Source: Podarcis gaigeae
Taxonomy: Eukaryota
Reading direction: 5' to 3' (one strand)
DNA: 64,000 nt
NCBI GenBank assembly: GCA_964106915.2
Contig: OZ066920.1
Shown here: one piece after another, positions 8,199 to 21,900 of the stretch
Position numbering within the stretch: the first letter of the stretch is position 1
Layout: each line of letters begins with the position of its first letter
Made by a program: the position numbers and the translations under genes
Notes under the pieces: model-generated
What the model was told of the DNA's origin: nothing
Seen by the model: only the letters and a program-made list of their open reading frames with translations
Database searches by the model: none

Positions 8199-11100
8199 AT
8201 TGATCAATTAATTAAAATATTTATATACTGCTGATTCATAAAAACGTATCACAGTGGTTTGCAACAATATAAAAACATTCCCTCTGTGTACAACCTCTTA
8301 TAGAAACCATTGTTCCTTTTTAAATTTTCTTAGCATATCTATTTTCAAAAATCTATTCTCTCAGGGACCTGGAGACATGCAGCACAGAAAACCTGTGACA
8401 TAATTGGGGAGATAAGGTGAAACTTGCAACAAAAAGTCCATTATGCCAATACCTGCTGCTTTTCAAATCCTCTGCTCACATCAGCACTAGTGGTGTTTAG
8501 TACACATCCAAACCTCTTTGAAATAAATGGAAAATGCTCAGTCGACCTGCTGTACAGATTGTTCTCTGAGTCAGCAGGATGTATGTACCTGTTTATCTCT
8601 GTGCACCTCGCACAGGTCAACTCACTCACTTTCCAGAATTAAGAGTTCAGTGAATCTAAAGAAGAATTTTAGGGATACTGATCCACAGGTGTCCTGGGGT
8701 TAAAATCTTCCTCAATAATATGTGGGCTCTAATATTAATGCAATACCTGTTGCACAAAAAAAGACAGACTCCATTTCAAGTCTATTGATACAGTCAATTT
8801 GTTCAGTCATGGCTGAAAAAGTCTTAGGAGTCGATTAGTGTGAAGATCACCCGTTCTATAAAGCTCAGGCAGAGATAATTCATCCTGGTAACTTCGTGAC
8901 AACTTGACAGGCTCTTACTTGGTTTCTGGAAAAATCATGTGCAAGAGATGGCTTTGTTGAGCAGCGGCTCTGAGGTGTTTGGGCTGGTTTGAATAGGCGC
9001 ATATGTCTTGTGGGGCTAATTATGTGTATGTATGTAGCTATATCGGATACATAAATGACATTCACACATCATTATGTTGTTGAAATGTTATTCCTGTTCA
9101 GGGAGAATTTGCCCGTGAAACTAAAACATACTGCTGTGAGGAGGGAAAAGAGGTTAAAGGATCAGAAAGCCAGATCTGGAATGGTGTCTAGCTTGCTCCT
9201 TTTCTGCTTATAACGTGTGTGTTTCACCACCTTTTGTTTTGTTTTTAAAAGCTGCATTAGGCCTGTTTTTCTCACCCTTGTTGCAACATTTGAGTTTAGC
9301 GTTTGGAAAGTGTCACTCGTTCCAATGTTTTTCAAAGAATCCCATGCTAAACTTGAGAACTCGTAACAAGGAGGTTAAGTGCTGCTATTGCATTTTCCAT
9401 TTGGTTTTAAATTTGCCGTGTGTATTAATCCCACGGGAGAAAGATGAAGGAATGGAAAGCAGTTTGTTTGCTTGGACAGGCAGCTAATCCCGAAATACTA
9501 CTCGGCCTAGCAATATATCTGATTTATAGATATAAACGTGTCTGTGTTTATAGTCTATATTGACACGGAAATTGACATGAAAAAAGTTTCCTGAAGGCAG
9601 AAGTCTGGGAAACACACTGCTGCAATGTTTTGCAAACACATAATAGTTACTCAAGTATATCTCCCCACCCCCCTTTGTTCCAAATTGCCATTTATTTTGC
9701 CTACATGATTTACAGGTTGCCACATAAACATGGACAGCTCACAACATACAAAGTTCTGCACAAAGTGGAGCCATTAAAGACTATGGGCTTAAGTTAAGTC
9801 ATGTCCATTAATCTGAATAGACGTGCTCTGCATAGAACCAACATTACACCACAACCTAGTCATTTTCAATTTTAATACATTTTGGTTGTATAAGATTAAA
9901 CACGGCACTAAAATATGGCACCTGATAAAAGTAAGGAACCAATTGGAGAAAAGAGAGCTGGGAATCAAACTCAGCAACGAAATAATAAGGATAAAAGCTA
10001 AAACTTGCCTGGTACCGAAATGGCATTAGAGTAGGTGCCCCTAGGCAGGAGTGCATTCTGTCATTGGGGGCCACTCCTAAGAAGGACCTGTCCCTCAGAT
10101 CCACTTGCTGTACCTGACTTAGTGGAGGCAACTGAATAATACTTTTCACTCTTGCAGTCAGCTGTATTCCAGTGCCGTGTTCACTCTGTGCAGGGCTCAT
10201 CCAAATTGGAATTTGCAGACAAAAATCTTCAAGACTTGTTTGCAAATATTCAAACTGCCCTGAGCCTTTTGGATGAAGGGTGGTATACAAATGTAATTTA
10301 AAAAACCACATTATTTGAGTTAGAAAGTACCCCATCCCTGCATGCAATCCATCACAAACAATGATTGGATTTGCAAGTTTCTCCCTCTTGGATTTAGAGA
10401 CTTGACGCTTAACATGTCTTAAACATTTCTTTTAATTATTTAAATGTTTTCTTTTATAAGTATCCCTAGAAGTTGAATTTCAAAAGTGAAAGGATCTGAT
10501 TTTTAAAATCCAACCTGGTCTTTATTGTACTTTGAAACTTGTAAGGTGCATTTGAGCGGAAAGTATTCTAAAAGGCTTTCTGTTGGAATTTTTCAGGCTG
10601 TGTGGCTTCTTTCCTCTATTTACTTTGGGGCTGCAGTTTACAGTTTGGAGTTCACAATCAGGGCCTGGGCCAGTGGCAATGCAGACTTTTGTCTTCCCCT
10701 ACCCCATGGCACTGCTTGAAGCAGAAAAATCACATCTCCATATCAGTAAAATACAATCAGAATAAGTTTAATAGCTTACTTTGCTGCCCTCCTATGACAC
10801 TGAAAATCAGCTGCCCGAGGTGACCGCTTCATTCTGCCTTCTGGTAGGACCGGTTCTAGCTAGGGGGCACAGATTAGTATTTATTAAGAAAAGTGAACAA
10901 TGGAAATGTCAGCTGTTTCTTAGCTTTTGGAGCTAGCTGCTTTCAGCAATTCTGATTGCTAAACCCTGATAATGAGGAAACCATTTACCTCCAGTGCCTT
11001 TTAGCTTGTGAAATTATCATACCAAATTGGCCACTCAGAACCTCTTAAGTCTTTTTTCTTAGAATTTGGGAACAGACAATAGTTAGTTTATGGGCATATG

Positions 11101-11729
11101 CTGATGTGTACATAGTTGGCTTCTTTTTTTTGGGTGGGTGGGGGGAAGAATGGCACAAACAAGGATGCATTGAAAGGTTCACATAAGGGCTTCAACAGAG
11201 TCAGGATTAAAACTAGGCAGGGAACGATGCCAGTTCCTTGGAAGCAAAATAACATTTCAAGGAGACAAACTATCTGCTGCTGGGCTGTAGCCTGACAAGA
11301 ATACATTATTGGCTGTGATAAATATGCCTGGAACTAGCAAGGAAAGAGATATACAAAGGCATTAGGTATGATTAACTGCCAGGGAGAGCCTGTGCCAACG
11401 GAGAAAATCAAGAGCAACACTTGGGAAAATAGATTTATAGGGGAAAGGTGGGTTTATGGGGGTGAACCAGGGGGAAGTGAAAGGTGCTTAGTTCTTGGGG
11501 CTGGTATCTTATACCCAGTATGGAGCATGCCAGGACTCTTAAAACTGAAGGCTGTGTGCTCATAAATTAGACTTGGTACTTAAATCTCAAGGCTACCAAA
11601 AGTCCAAAGTCCATTTATCCACTCAGCATGGTCACCATTCCCGTGCTGACACCAGGTGTTGGTTTTTTGTGTTTTTTGTTTACAATCGAGTGGTATATAG
11701 GTTTTATGAAATAAATAAGCAAATAAACA

Positions 11730-11880
11730 AAAGAAAAATTTGCTGGATCAGTCCAATGGCCCATCTAGTCCAGCATCCTGTTTTCATAGTGGCCAAGCAG
11801 ATGCTTGTAGGAAACCTGCAAGCAGAACCCCAGCAGAAGAACATATCCCCATATCATGGTTACCAGCAAATGCTATATAG
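11730..11880 (-). mobile_element. LINE (L2/CR1-like) 3' tail fragment
   Basis: tgctggatcagtccaatggcccatctagtccagcatcctgttttcatagtggccaa, a motif repeated in the window. Confidence 0.65.
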
Positions 11881-12043
11881 GATCACGGAGAGATTTACCT
11901 CCACAAAGAGTCTCATTCCTGCTCTGCACTTGATCTGATTGCTCAAGCCTTCAGCCTCTCTATTTAGAGTGTCAGCAGTTCCCCACCCCCAAACAATTCC
12001 ACGGCTGCCCAAATTTCTGGATGATGATTACCACTATTTATAT

Positions 12044-12651
12044 TGTTGTGAGCTGGTGGGTACAAGACCCCCGATATCCTGGATCGAGCTAGTGTTAGAA
12101 TCTAATGAAGGCTTGTGAGTTAAAACTGTGTATCAGACCCTCACGTGTTAGAATCTAATCAAGACCAGTGTCTATTAAGCTGTGTGTCTGACACCTCTTT
12201 AATGTCTGGGAATCAACATGCATTAAGAGCTAATTAAGTCAGGCTAATTTTCTTTTGAGGGGATATCCAGGGGATGAGCCATTAAGGATCAAGGTCAAAT
12301 CTCATTTGCAAATGAATGAGCTTCCTCCTTCCCTCTACTGAGAGTTAGTTTAAAAGACAAGGAAAGTGCTTTCGGTTTAGGAGTTCAATGGAGATAGTAT
12401 ACAGCAGGTTGGAGAGAGCAACGTCTGAGAGCAATGATTGGGGTCTGCTTAAGTTCAAGGCTGCTGTGGCTATGGGAGAAGCCAGAACCTCTTAGGGTCT
12501 GAATGCTGTCCATGGTAGGTTCAGGTTGTGTATATGTGTAAATAAACCACATTTCCTAAATACACCACAGTTTCCGCTGTGCCTCATTTTCCAAAAGGAA
12601 ACGGGGACCCTGGGTAAAGTGTGTCTAGAACCTCTGGGTTGGCGTGTAACA
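12044..12651 (+). mobile_element. Solo LTR (608 bp, Gypsy/ERV-like)
   Basis: TGTT…AACA termini, near-TSD ATAT/GTAT, internal duplication gtgttagaatctaat (about 12092 and 12145), AATAAA at 12541. Confidence 0.7.
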
Positions 12652-12939
12652 GTATTCTTCTTACAGTTTCCTTATCGTTGTTATTCAAAATAAACAAGTA
12701 CTAGGTAATTTTTCATAAATGGTTAGGAAAACAAAAGGGTGCCTATGCTACTACAAATCAGATTCCCAGATGGTGGAAACTCAGGTAAAAAAACCCCCAA
12801 AACCAGTGACTCTCACATTTTTGTATTTGTGAAATAATACGGCACAGCATCCTGCTATCTCTTGCAGTTTGTTTTTCACTCTCTCCCAGACATTTCAGTA
12901 CTTGTTTATATTTCTTACGTTTCTCTCTCATTCTTTCTT

Positions 12940-13100
12940 CAAGAAGCTCAGGACTGCTCTTAGACGCTTCCTCTCCCCTCCATTTTATCCTTGTTAATAA
13001 CCCTGTGAGGAAGTTAGGTTGAGAATCAGTGACTCCCCGGAAGATGGCGGCTGATTGGAGATGTCAGCTTGGCTTTCCTGGGCCATCACCCAACACTCCA
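12940..13100 (-). mobile_element. Old Squam3/MIR-like SINE fragment
   Basis: ccattttatccttgttaataaccctgtgagg-ttaggttgaga is the reversed CORE-like SINE body. Confidence 0.5.
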
Positions 13101-13232
13101 ATGCTCCTAACATACAAATCTGAGAGGAAAAAGGTGTATGCCCCATGAAATGTGCAAGGATTCCCCGCCTTCCCAATGAAGGGCAAAGCTACATTGGAAT
13201 CCAATGCAACTGAGAGCTGCTCTGGAGACAGT

Positions 13233-13236
<4 letters not shown>

Positions 13237-13270
<34 letters not shown>
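13237..13270. repeat. (GT)n microsatellite
   Basis: Pure GT run. Confidence 0.95.
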
Positions 13271-13274
<4 letters not shown>

Positions 13275-13489
13275 TTGAGAGAAGCACTGTTCATCAGCTG
13301 TGTGGTGAATCATGATGGACCCCCTGATATCACTGGAGGAAGCTGCTTGCCAGCAGCAGAGGAAAAGGACAGGCAAGTATTGCGTGGTGTAATCTCTGTA
13401 AGAGTAGCTAGCAGCATCCATCACTAGTTAATAACACTGTTAGCTCACACTGGGCTCCATTAGCCATCCTCCAGCTATGGAACATGCAC

Positions 13490-13762
13490 TCCACAGCCGA
13501 AAGCATGCCAGTATGGGTAGATAAATAGGTACTGCTGCAGCAGGAAAGTAAACGGCGTTTCCGTGAGCTCTGGCACTCGTCGCGGTGTCCTGTTGTTCCA
13601 GAAGTGGTTTAGTCATGCTGGCCACACGACTTGGAAAAGCTGTCTATGGACAACGCAGGCTCCCTCTGCCTGAAAGCAGAGATGAGTGCCACATCCCATA
13701 GTTGAATTCGACTGGACTTAACCACCCAGTGGTCTTTTACTTTTACTTTTACCTTTACCTTA
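13490..13762 (+). mobile_element. Sauria (Squam1) SINE, 5'-truncated older copy
   Basis: gtagataaataggtac…gtaaacggcgtttccgtg…gtcatgctggccaca…(ACCTTT)-like tail; reverse of the copies at 26991, 57624 and 59803. Confidence 0.85.
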
Positions 13763-15324
13763 TGGCAGCGCTTCTCCATTAAGATTAGGGGGTCCTCCTA
13801 CTCCCACAAAACCATTACAATCCTGATGGAGTATCACTGGCATGACCCTCTCTCTTCAGACTGCTGCTTATTGTGGCTTCTTTTTGAATGAATTTAGTCA
13901 TACATACTTTTAGTTTCTCCACACCAACACTGTCTACTCTTTGGGCTGGATTAAAATGGCCAGGTCTGGTTTCAACATCGTGTTTGCAATATACCCTTCT
14001 ATTGTAGCAGCAAAGGTGAATGTCGTATGTCTTTGTATCTAAGAGAGACATCCATGTTTATTTGTGTCCCTCAAAGAAAAATAAGGACACTGCATTGCTA
14101 ATGCTACTGAGCCCTGCATTAGACAGCAATTAGACAGCAACTGAGATGCAGTGGCCTTTAACATTTATCTTTGGTACTTTCTGCAAATTAGTTCTCCAGG
14201 GAAAACTAATGGGATCTGAATTCTATTCGATTCTATCCTGCTTCCATATTATTATTTTTTACATGGAATGAGATTTTTGTGGTGCATTAAAATAACCTCC
14301 TGCAGCCTCCTGGAGGAGAAAGGAAATTACTTATGCACACACTTCAGCCCATTAAATAAAGTGGCACAACTAGCATTGGCCAATCTGGGGCAGGGAGAAA
14401 GTGGTAATGAATCAGCATTGTGGTCCGTTAGTGATAACCATGAGCATCCTAATCTTCCAACAGTTGTTCTCATCTTACTGAAATTAATAGAGCTGCACCC
14501 CTGGGTTGGAAAGCAAAGAGAACTGGGATTCCTTTGGTACCATAAAGTCAGGACCAACATCCTAAAGACATTAAGTGCAAGCCAATAGCTTTAATTGCTT
14601 TGGAAGATGTCTGCTCCCCACTACCAACCCGTTGGTATAGCAAACTGCAAAAACCCAGACTTCCTTCTTTTTCAGTCAGGTACATACAGTATTATCTTTA
14701 CTACTCTTCAAGCAGGGAGATGCTTCCAGTAGCCAGCAATTATGAAGAAGCAGTAAGTGAGTAAGCAAGTAATGCAAAAGCCTAAAGAAAAGGCCAACTT
14801 TTCATAGGATATGACGCAGTCATATTTTTGTAGCAACACTGTGTGCTTATTTTCACACTAATTAAACATGATTGATGGGATATTGTTGCAGAAAGACATT
14901 TCCTAAAAGTGTCCTCAAAAGAATGGAGAGGTGATTCATCAGGCAACATTTTATTTTATGAAATGAAAATAAGCAGCTATAAGGACATGCATACACATAC
15001 ATTTCCCCCAAGCAGCAGGCATTGAAGGATACGGATATATATATTCATTAGTTGCTAGAATCCACGCTAGCATCTGAAGCCAGTCATCAGGAATACTGGA
15101 CAGACAAACACAGAGCACACACAATCCCACACAATTGTATTTAGTACAAAATTGACTGCTTTTCATGGCAGGAGACACAAGCCTTCTGTTCTCAGTTTTA
15201 GTATCCTAACATGAACTCAGAGGAAATCTGGAGAATCATAAGGTTAATCAATTGCTTAGTACAAAAGAATTAGCTGAATCTGAGGTGCCAGGAATGACTT
15301 ATGGATGTCTGCAGGACTGGAATA

Positions 15325-15530
15325 TAAGGTGCTGCCTTATATGAGATCAGATTATTTGCCCATCTTGCCCTCTGTTGTTTGCACTGTCATGCCAGTAGCT
15401 TCTTTGGGATCTCAGGCACAAAGAGGTCTTTCCTATCGCCTGCCTAATCCTTTCAGCTAGAGATGCCTGAGATTAAGATTGCAACCTTTGGTGTGCAAAG
15501 GATGTTCTCTAACTGTGGCCCCTTCCCATA
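15325..15530 (-). mobile_element. tRNA-derived SINE with L2-type tail (Squam2/Anolis SINE2-like), degraded
   Basis: gctgccttatatgagatcaga…caacctttggtgtgcaaag…aactgtggcccc matches the reverse of 52250-52402. Confidence 0.55.
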
Positions 15531-15815
15531 CCAGATTAGCAGAACACTTTAAAAAAAGTAAAAAAAAAACTATTTAAAAAATCTATTTTTAAAAGTAGAA
15601 AGCTATACCTGTTGTTTTTTAAAAGTACCGAATCATCTTGCCCATTTATTGCTAGCCCTTAAAAAGTGTTACTCCTGAAAATACAGGTTGCCTTATTAAT
15701 TCTATGCAGCTGAATATTCAGTATATGCATTTGCGAATGATGGTAAATGTATCCTGTTCACAAACCTGTGTCCTATGAGCAATTCAGATTGACATGGAAT
15801 TGCATTTTTGGAAGG

Positions 15816-15817
<2 letters not shown>

Positions 15818-15859
<42 letters not shown>
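15818..15859. repeat. (CA)n microsatellite
   Basis: Pure CA run. Confidence 0.95.
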
Positions 15860-15863
<4 letters not shown>

Positions 15864-16592
15864 CTGCATATAGCAACAATACTGGCAGGTATTAAAGTTG
15901 CTGTGAAAACGGCAGCAATAATAACTACTTTGGTAACCAGCAATCAAGTATTTGAAACTGTAGTAGTAATTACTTGCACTAAAAGGTACATAAGCTTAAC
16001 AGCATTTTCAGGGTCAGTGTGAATGACTGATCATTCTTCTCCTTTTTGGAGCTTTAGCACCACACTATACTCAAAACATCATCTTTGGCAGGCTGAGAAG
16101 TATGTGGCAGTTATTTTGTGAGTTCGTGACATGATGGGCCATATAATCAGAGGCTTTTGACTGATGATTCCAAGTGTCTTATGTCTGAGGGTGAGACCTG
16201 CACTTGCAGTCTTTACTGTCTAGACATAGATATTGACAAACAAGCCTCGCTGACATAAGATGCTAACATGCTTAGCCAGAGGCATTTCAATGATCTTGCC
16301 CTTTTATGTTCTCTTTCCAGGCTTTTAGTCAACTGTGAAATGTACCTCTTAAGATCTATCACATTAATTCCACAAACAAAACTTTGTGTTTTGAAACTTA
16401 GAAACTTTACTATTGATTGATTGGTTTTTTTATCAGTTGTAGGCTAAACTGTGCAGGTGGAGGGTTTTGTTCTCCAGAGGCTGCGTGAAGAGGTTGCATA
16501 TTTTTCTAAAGCATTCAGAGATGTTGCAATCAGATGTAAAAAAAATAAAAGGCCTTGCTTTATCGTGATGAGAACAGTCTGGTTGTGATGTA

Positions 16593-16807
16593 CAGTGATA
16601 CCTCGGGTTAAGTTCTTAATTCGTTCCGGAGGTCCGTTCTTAACCTGAAACTGTTCTTAACCTGAAGCACCACTTTAGCTAATGGGGCCTCCCTCTGCTG
16701 CTGCGCCGCCAGAGCACGATTTCTGTTCTCATCCTGAAGCAAAGTTCTTAACCTGAAGTAGTATTTCTGGGTTAGCGGAGTAGTGTATGTAGCATGAGGT
16801 ACCACTG
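16593..16807. mobile_element. MITE family A copy 3
   Basis: TIR CAGTGATACCTC / GAGGTACCACTG, TA flanks. Confidence 0.9.
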
Positions 16808-16912
16808 TAACATTAAACCAGTGTTTGGTGTTCCATGCATGAAACTGCTCTGCCTCTTCCTCTCCTCGGGTGTAGCTACAAAGAGATCAGAAGCATTTGC
16901 TTCCATTTCCAA

Positions 16913-17046
16913 CAGTTGCCTTATACTGAGTCAGACCATTGGTCTATCTAGTTTGATGTTGACTGGCAGGATTTCAAGCAGGAGCCCTTTCCAGCACCAC
17001 CCGGAGAAGTGAGGGATCGAACCTGCCACCTTCAGCATGCAGAACA
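16913..17046 (-). mobile_element. tRNA-derived L2-tailed SINE fragment
   Basis: gttgccttatactgagtcagaccattggtctatctag…gggatcgaacctg (reversed B box). Confidence 0.65.
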
Positions 17047-18467
17047 CTAATCCTAAGGAAGATGAATCCTGTGCATGACGGTTTGGCCTGTGATGTTGCA
17101 TTGATACAATTGCATTTCTACACAATCGTATCTGTTTGACCAGGTGCAGTGCAGCATCTTAGGAAGACCCATGCTGATGCATTTGATAGCATCCTAAATA
17201 ATGCTAGTATACTTGGACATTATTATTATTTTTACTATGTTGGGTGTCATATTAAATTTTGAGATCAGTTAATACATAGCACGGTGACACTGAAGGCAGT
17301 TTCACTTGCCAAAATCTTAGGAAGGCAGCAGGTGATGTATAGCAGTGAAATATATTTTTTCCTCTCTGCTGCCTCTCAGTGGTTTAGTTCTGAAGGAATA
17401 ATTATCCAGTATTGCATGAATAATATCCAGTTGCAGTTCAGAATTCCACAGGAGGGCAGCCTTATCCCAAGCTATGTTACAGTGGGTGAGCAAATCATGA
17501 CATTTTAAAATAAAACCCACACAGATACTTTTTTATTTTTTAAAAAAGCTATATAAAAATAAACTAGGAATACTTTAGAAAAAAACAACCAAACAAAACA
17601 AACCCTAAAGCAAAAAGTGCAACTATGCATTGGTTAGTATCCATTGCCTTCCAAACTAGGCTTATATTATGTGCCACAGAAAAATCAATAATATGCTGGC
17701 CTGCGTATTCTAACATCCCTGACAAACATTTGCTGTATTTTACAACACAAGATGGGCTTGAAATTCCCTCTCATTTGTTTTGCATGAAAATGCTTTGATG
17801 GACACTGAATACATTTTATTTGGATGGAATTGTATTTTAAAGGTGCAAAGAAAATAATGAATTCTATTGGTATCCTACTCTTCCTCCAAAATGTCCAGGG
17901 AGGTATATTACCTTTAAGACCTCCCTGGGAGGCTGGCTAGACCGAGAAGACATTGTTAAAGGAAACACAGCAAGCTTTGTGGCTGAATGAGGACTTGCAG
18001 TCGTGTCTCTCATGCTCAAGTGCAAGTCTAGTCACTACACCACACAAGTACAAGCAGATATGTGCAAGATTGACACCTCATGCAGTCATAGTTCTGCAAT
18101 TCAGTCATAGTTCTTCCTCTCTTCTTGACGTACTAGTTGTTGTAGCAATTTGATACGGCCTAAGGAATAAGGTAGGTGGGCATCAATTTGATCGAGAGTC
18201 GTTCTGCATTTCTTTGTTTGTGCTTCTTAGGGAAGTGGACTGAGGGTACAGAATCTTGATGAGATGTGAACCTATAGCTGAATCACTCTAAGCTTGGGCT
18301 GCAGCCCTGTCCTAAGCTGTATTTGAATAAATCACATTAAAAGCAAAGGGATTTACTGTTTGCTGAATAGTGGATGTGTTTCAGCTCAATACATTAATAC
18401 ATTCTCTGCTAAGGTTTTCATCTAAACTTTTCTACAACCCATTTCAGAGTTTGCCTAAGCTATAGAT

Positions 18468-18603
18468 CAGGCATCCCCAAACTCCGACCTCCAGATGTTT
18501 TGGGACTACAACTCCCATCATCCCTGACTACTGGTCCTGTTAGCTAGGGGTGATGGGAGTTATAGTCACAAAACATCTGGAGGGCCGAGTTTGGGGGTGC
18601 CTG
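18468..18603. mobile_element. hAT MITE (short, internally palindromic)
   Basis: TIR CAGGCATCCCCAAACTC / GAGTTTGGGGGTGCCTG; 8-bp TSD CTATAGAT/ATATAGAT. Confidence 0.88.
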
Positions 18604-20223
18604 ATATAGATGTTTGCTAGCCCCAGCTTGTAGGTAAGGTTGTCACTGCCTCCAACAGTGGCTGAAGCAGGAGTTACACCATTCTGACACCAACATGCGA
18701 AGATGGAACAGGAGTGAGAAAGGGTAGTGGGAAGGTTAGACACCAAAACCTTACAATTTTGAAGTGCTCAGTCACACACCTTGTGTCAATATTTAGGGAC
18801 AATTCACTATTCCTCCTTATCTTGAGGCTTTTCAGTTTTACATTTAGTGTAACTTCATGGTGGCAGGGTCAACAAACAAGCAGGGTGGGGCTTATCACTG
18901 AGCAGTCTCATAGGTCTTCATGTAAGTACCTGAGTTACCTATTATTTCTCCAGAAAGAAAGAAAAACATGTTTGCAATTCTGTCTTCCCTGTTCACGATT
19001 AGAATCAAGGACTTTGTACAGCACACAACAGCATAGTTCATTCAAATGCAATATATGCATTTATTTGGGACTCTTATCCGAGCCTGAATGAAAAATACTA
19101 TCTTTCTCAAGAAGGCAATATGTATATATTTTTTATCTAAAGAAAGGCAAAGAGTCACAGAGATACTGAATGTTGACTATAGCCAACAATTTATAGCTTC
19201 TCTCCCTCTTTATTTTGTGGTGTAGGGCAATGCTTTTCCACTCTGATTTAATTAACTTCATTTAATGGCCTGGTCATAGAGATAATAAGCATAGCAGCAG
19301 CATAGCGGCTGCACTATCAAATGCCTGGCATTGACTAATATTTGGCAACAATATGGTCATTCTACAATGGAAGCACATACAAGAAAAGAGCAGCCTATTT
19401 ATTAATTTGCCAAGTTCCCCCCTCCTTTGGGAAGGCTACTGTGCATTTCTTCGAGACTGATTGAAACAGAAAGCAAGAGTATATGGTGGTGAATACTGTT
19501 TTTAGTGTGTTGGAGTCATTTAGCAAAAAGTGTTCCTTCAGGAAAACAGAATCAAGATGCTAATGTTATACCTCATTTATTGCCAAGCATATTCAGTGAC
19601 ATTTCATAAGGTACATCTGTCAGCCAGAGATATAAATGAATGAGGTGAACTGTGCAATTTACCCTGAGGAACTTCCATTAGAGCCCCCTGAAGTATAATA
19701 TTTATGAGGTCAGAGTCAATTAATCAGATAGCTGTATTTGCTTTTCAGCTTGCGACGGTCTCTCACCAAACTGTTGCACTGAGAGGGAAAATGCTTTTCT
19801 TTTCAATAATAATAATAAACAAAATGGGGAAAAAATGTAACATTCAGGTTGTTTAGATAAGGGCTGCATTTTTAACGACAACAAAATCAATTACTGTATG
19901 TTAACTACAGAAAAACACAATGTAAATATAAAGGAGCATGCCATGGTGTCCGTCGGAGCCTGGTGGCTCAGCTGAGGGCTTAGGCCCCTGGATGTGCTGC
20001 TTCCCCCAGAAATATGGGTGTGGTCATGGAACTGAGGTAAAAGTGAGGGAACAAAGGCCTTGTTTAGAAGGGAGCTGGAGACTATAGGTAAAGAAAATGT
20101 CTCCACTTCCATTGGAGGTGAGACTGCTTTGCTTTGGGGCTTCTAAAGACTGCAGTTCTGTATCCACATTCCCAGAGTACTGTATGTCTGTCAGTGGGTC
20201 TTAATTCTGCCTAGAAAGGACTA

Positions 20224-20473
20224 CAGTAGTTCCTCAGAAGTCGAACAGAATCCATTTCAGAAGTCCATTCAACTTCCAAAACATTCAGAAACTAAGGTGC
20301 AGCTTCCAATTGGCTGCTGGAAGCTCCTGCAGCCAATCTGAAGCTGTGGAAGTCATGTTGGACGTTCAGGTTCCAAAGAATGTTTGCAAACCTCAACACT
20401 TACTTCTGGGTTTGTGGCATTTGGGAGCCAAAACGTTCGACTGGCAAGGCGTTTGGCTTCCAAGGTATGACTG
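20224..20473. mobile_element. MITE family B copy 2 (opposite orientation to 7074-7324)
   Basis: TA-CAGTAGTTCCT…AAGGTATGACTG-TA; body is a reverse match to copy 1. Confidence 0.8.
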
Positions 20474-21031
20474 TATTGCTTTCCCTTATTTCCACAATTC
20501 ATTGGTTTATAGCACTGTCGTCCACCTGTCAAAATTCCTCATCCAGTGGCCGCTCAGACCCTGCCCTTTGATCGCCAACCCTACTAGGAAGCATGTAGTG
20601 TGAGGCTAGCGCAGAAGGCTTAGATTTTGACTGGAGTTAGAGGCCCTGGGGAATGGGGTGTTTAATCTGTGCCTTTTCCGTGAAAGAAATGGCTCCTTGA
20701 GACCTTGCTAAGGACTCCCTTCAGGTGCCTGTCTCCCTGCCACTCTGCTGTGGGGCTAATAGAAGCTTATGGTGGGCATGGTTTTGATTAGTAAAGCAGC
20801 ACATGGGGAGAGGGTTAAACCTTCCCTCTTCCACCAGAACTACCCCAATGAAAGTCATGGCTCATGGCTGATCATGGACCTCCCACCTCATGCTTGTTTT
20901 GCCCTCGAATGAGGAAACTAACCTTGGGACAGAAAATGTCACAGGACTCTGAAAAGTGGCCAGTGAAAGAGGATTTTTGACACAGTGGAACATTTATTTA
21001 CATGTAGTAAACTGTTGTCCTACAAACCCAT

Positions 21032-21257
21032 GGGTGGCATCCAGCTAACTCAATCCTTCAGTGTAAGTGCTTCCACTTGTACATTGGAACTATCCCCCTC
21101 TCCTACTCTGATGTGCCAACCTAAATCTGTTCTGGGGCTTCCCTCTGGAGCAGATTTGAGGAAGGTGCAATGTGTGTGAGAGGAGAGAAGGAGGAAGTTC
21201 TTTTGCACAAGTTGAAATCATTTGCACTGATGGGATGAGTTAGTTGAATACTGGCCC
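21032..21257. mobile_element. Foldback (fully palindromic) MITE, diverged
   Basis: gggtggcatccagctaactcaatccttcagtgtaagtg pairs with catttgcactgatgggatgagttagttgaatactggccc; inner aaatctgttc/gagcagattt. Confidence 0.75.
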
Positions 21258-21764
21258 TCTGTGTGATCCCCCCCCCCGAACTTGTAGATGCTTTTCTAGA
21301 ATAGCTCTTGTCATATTCCTACATAGCTGCTCCAGCTTTATACCAGGATCTTAACTTGAAGTACCGTAATATCTAGCCAGAGCTTCTCCATTATTATCCA
21401 GGAGGTGGCTCAGAGCTCATCTCACACAAACGTATGCCACAGGCAAATTGTGGAATCTCATGGTATGACCTGAGGCTTTTTTCTTTTTCTTTTTCTTTTT
21501 ACATTGCTCTACTAAGTATGCAGAGCCAATAGACCATTGGAAAGGCTCAGTTCCATCAAAACAATATGACATGAGCCATTTAGTCCATGAGAGCTGGATT
21601 TCAATATCTTTAAAGTGCCATCTTGCTGTTAAGAAGCTGGAGTTGCCTACCAAATAGCTCCTTCTGTGCGTTTTGTTTAGGCGTGATGCTGGTGGGATCT
21701 GATGTTGAGCTAAAAGGCTGACATTCAGTGAAGGGATGAAAAAGAATAACTTGCTTTCGCATTC

Positions 21765-21900
21765 CGTAGTGTTATCTTCATAAGTTCATTTCAGCAAAAC
21801 AACAGCAGCCAAGTGTCTTGTGGAAGTGGAGCCTTAAATACCAACAGATTTATCAAATCGGCCAACAAGTTCATGGGCTGCAACCTACTTCATCAGATGC
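21765..21900 (-). mobile_element. Old Penelope-like element end fragment with decayed hammerhead
   Basis: Minus strand GCAT-CTGATGA-AGTAGGTTGCAGCCCAT-GAAC; similar to 445-548. Confidence 0.55.
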
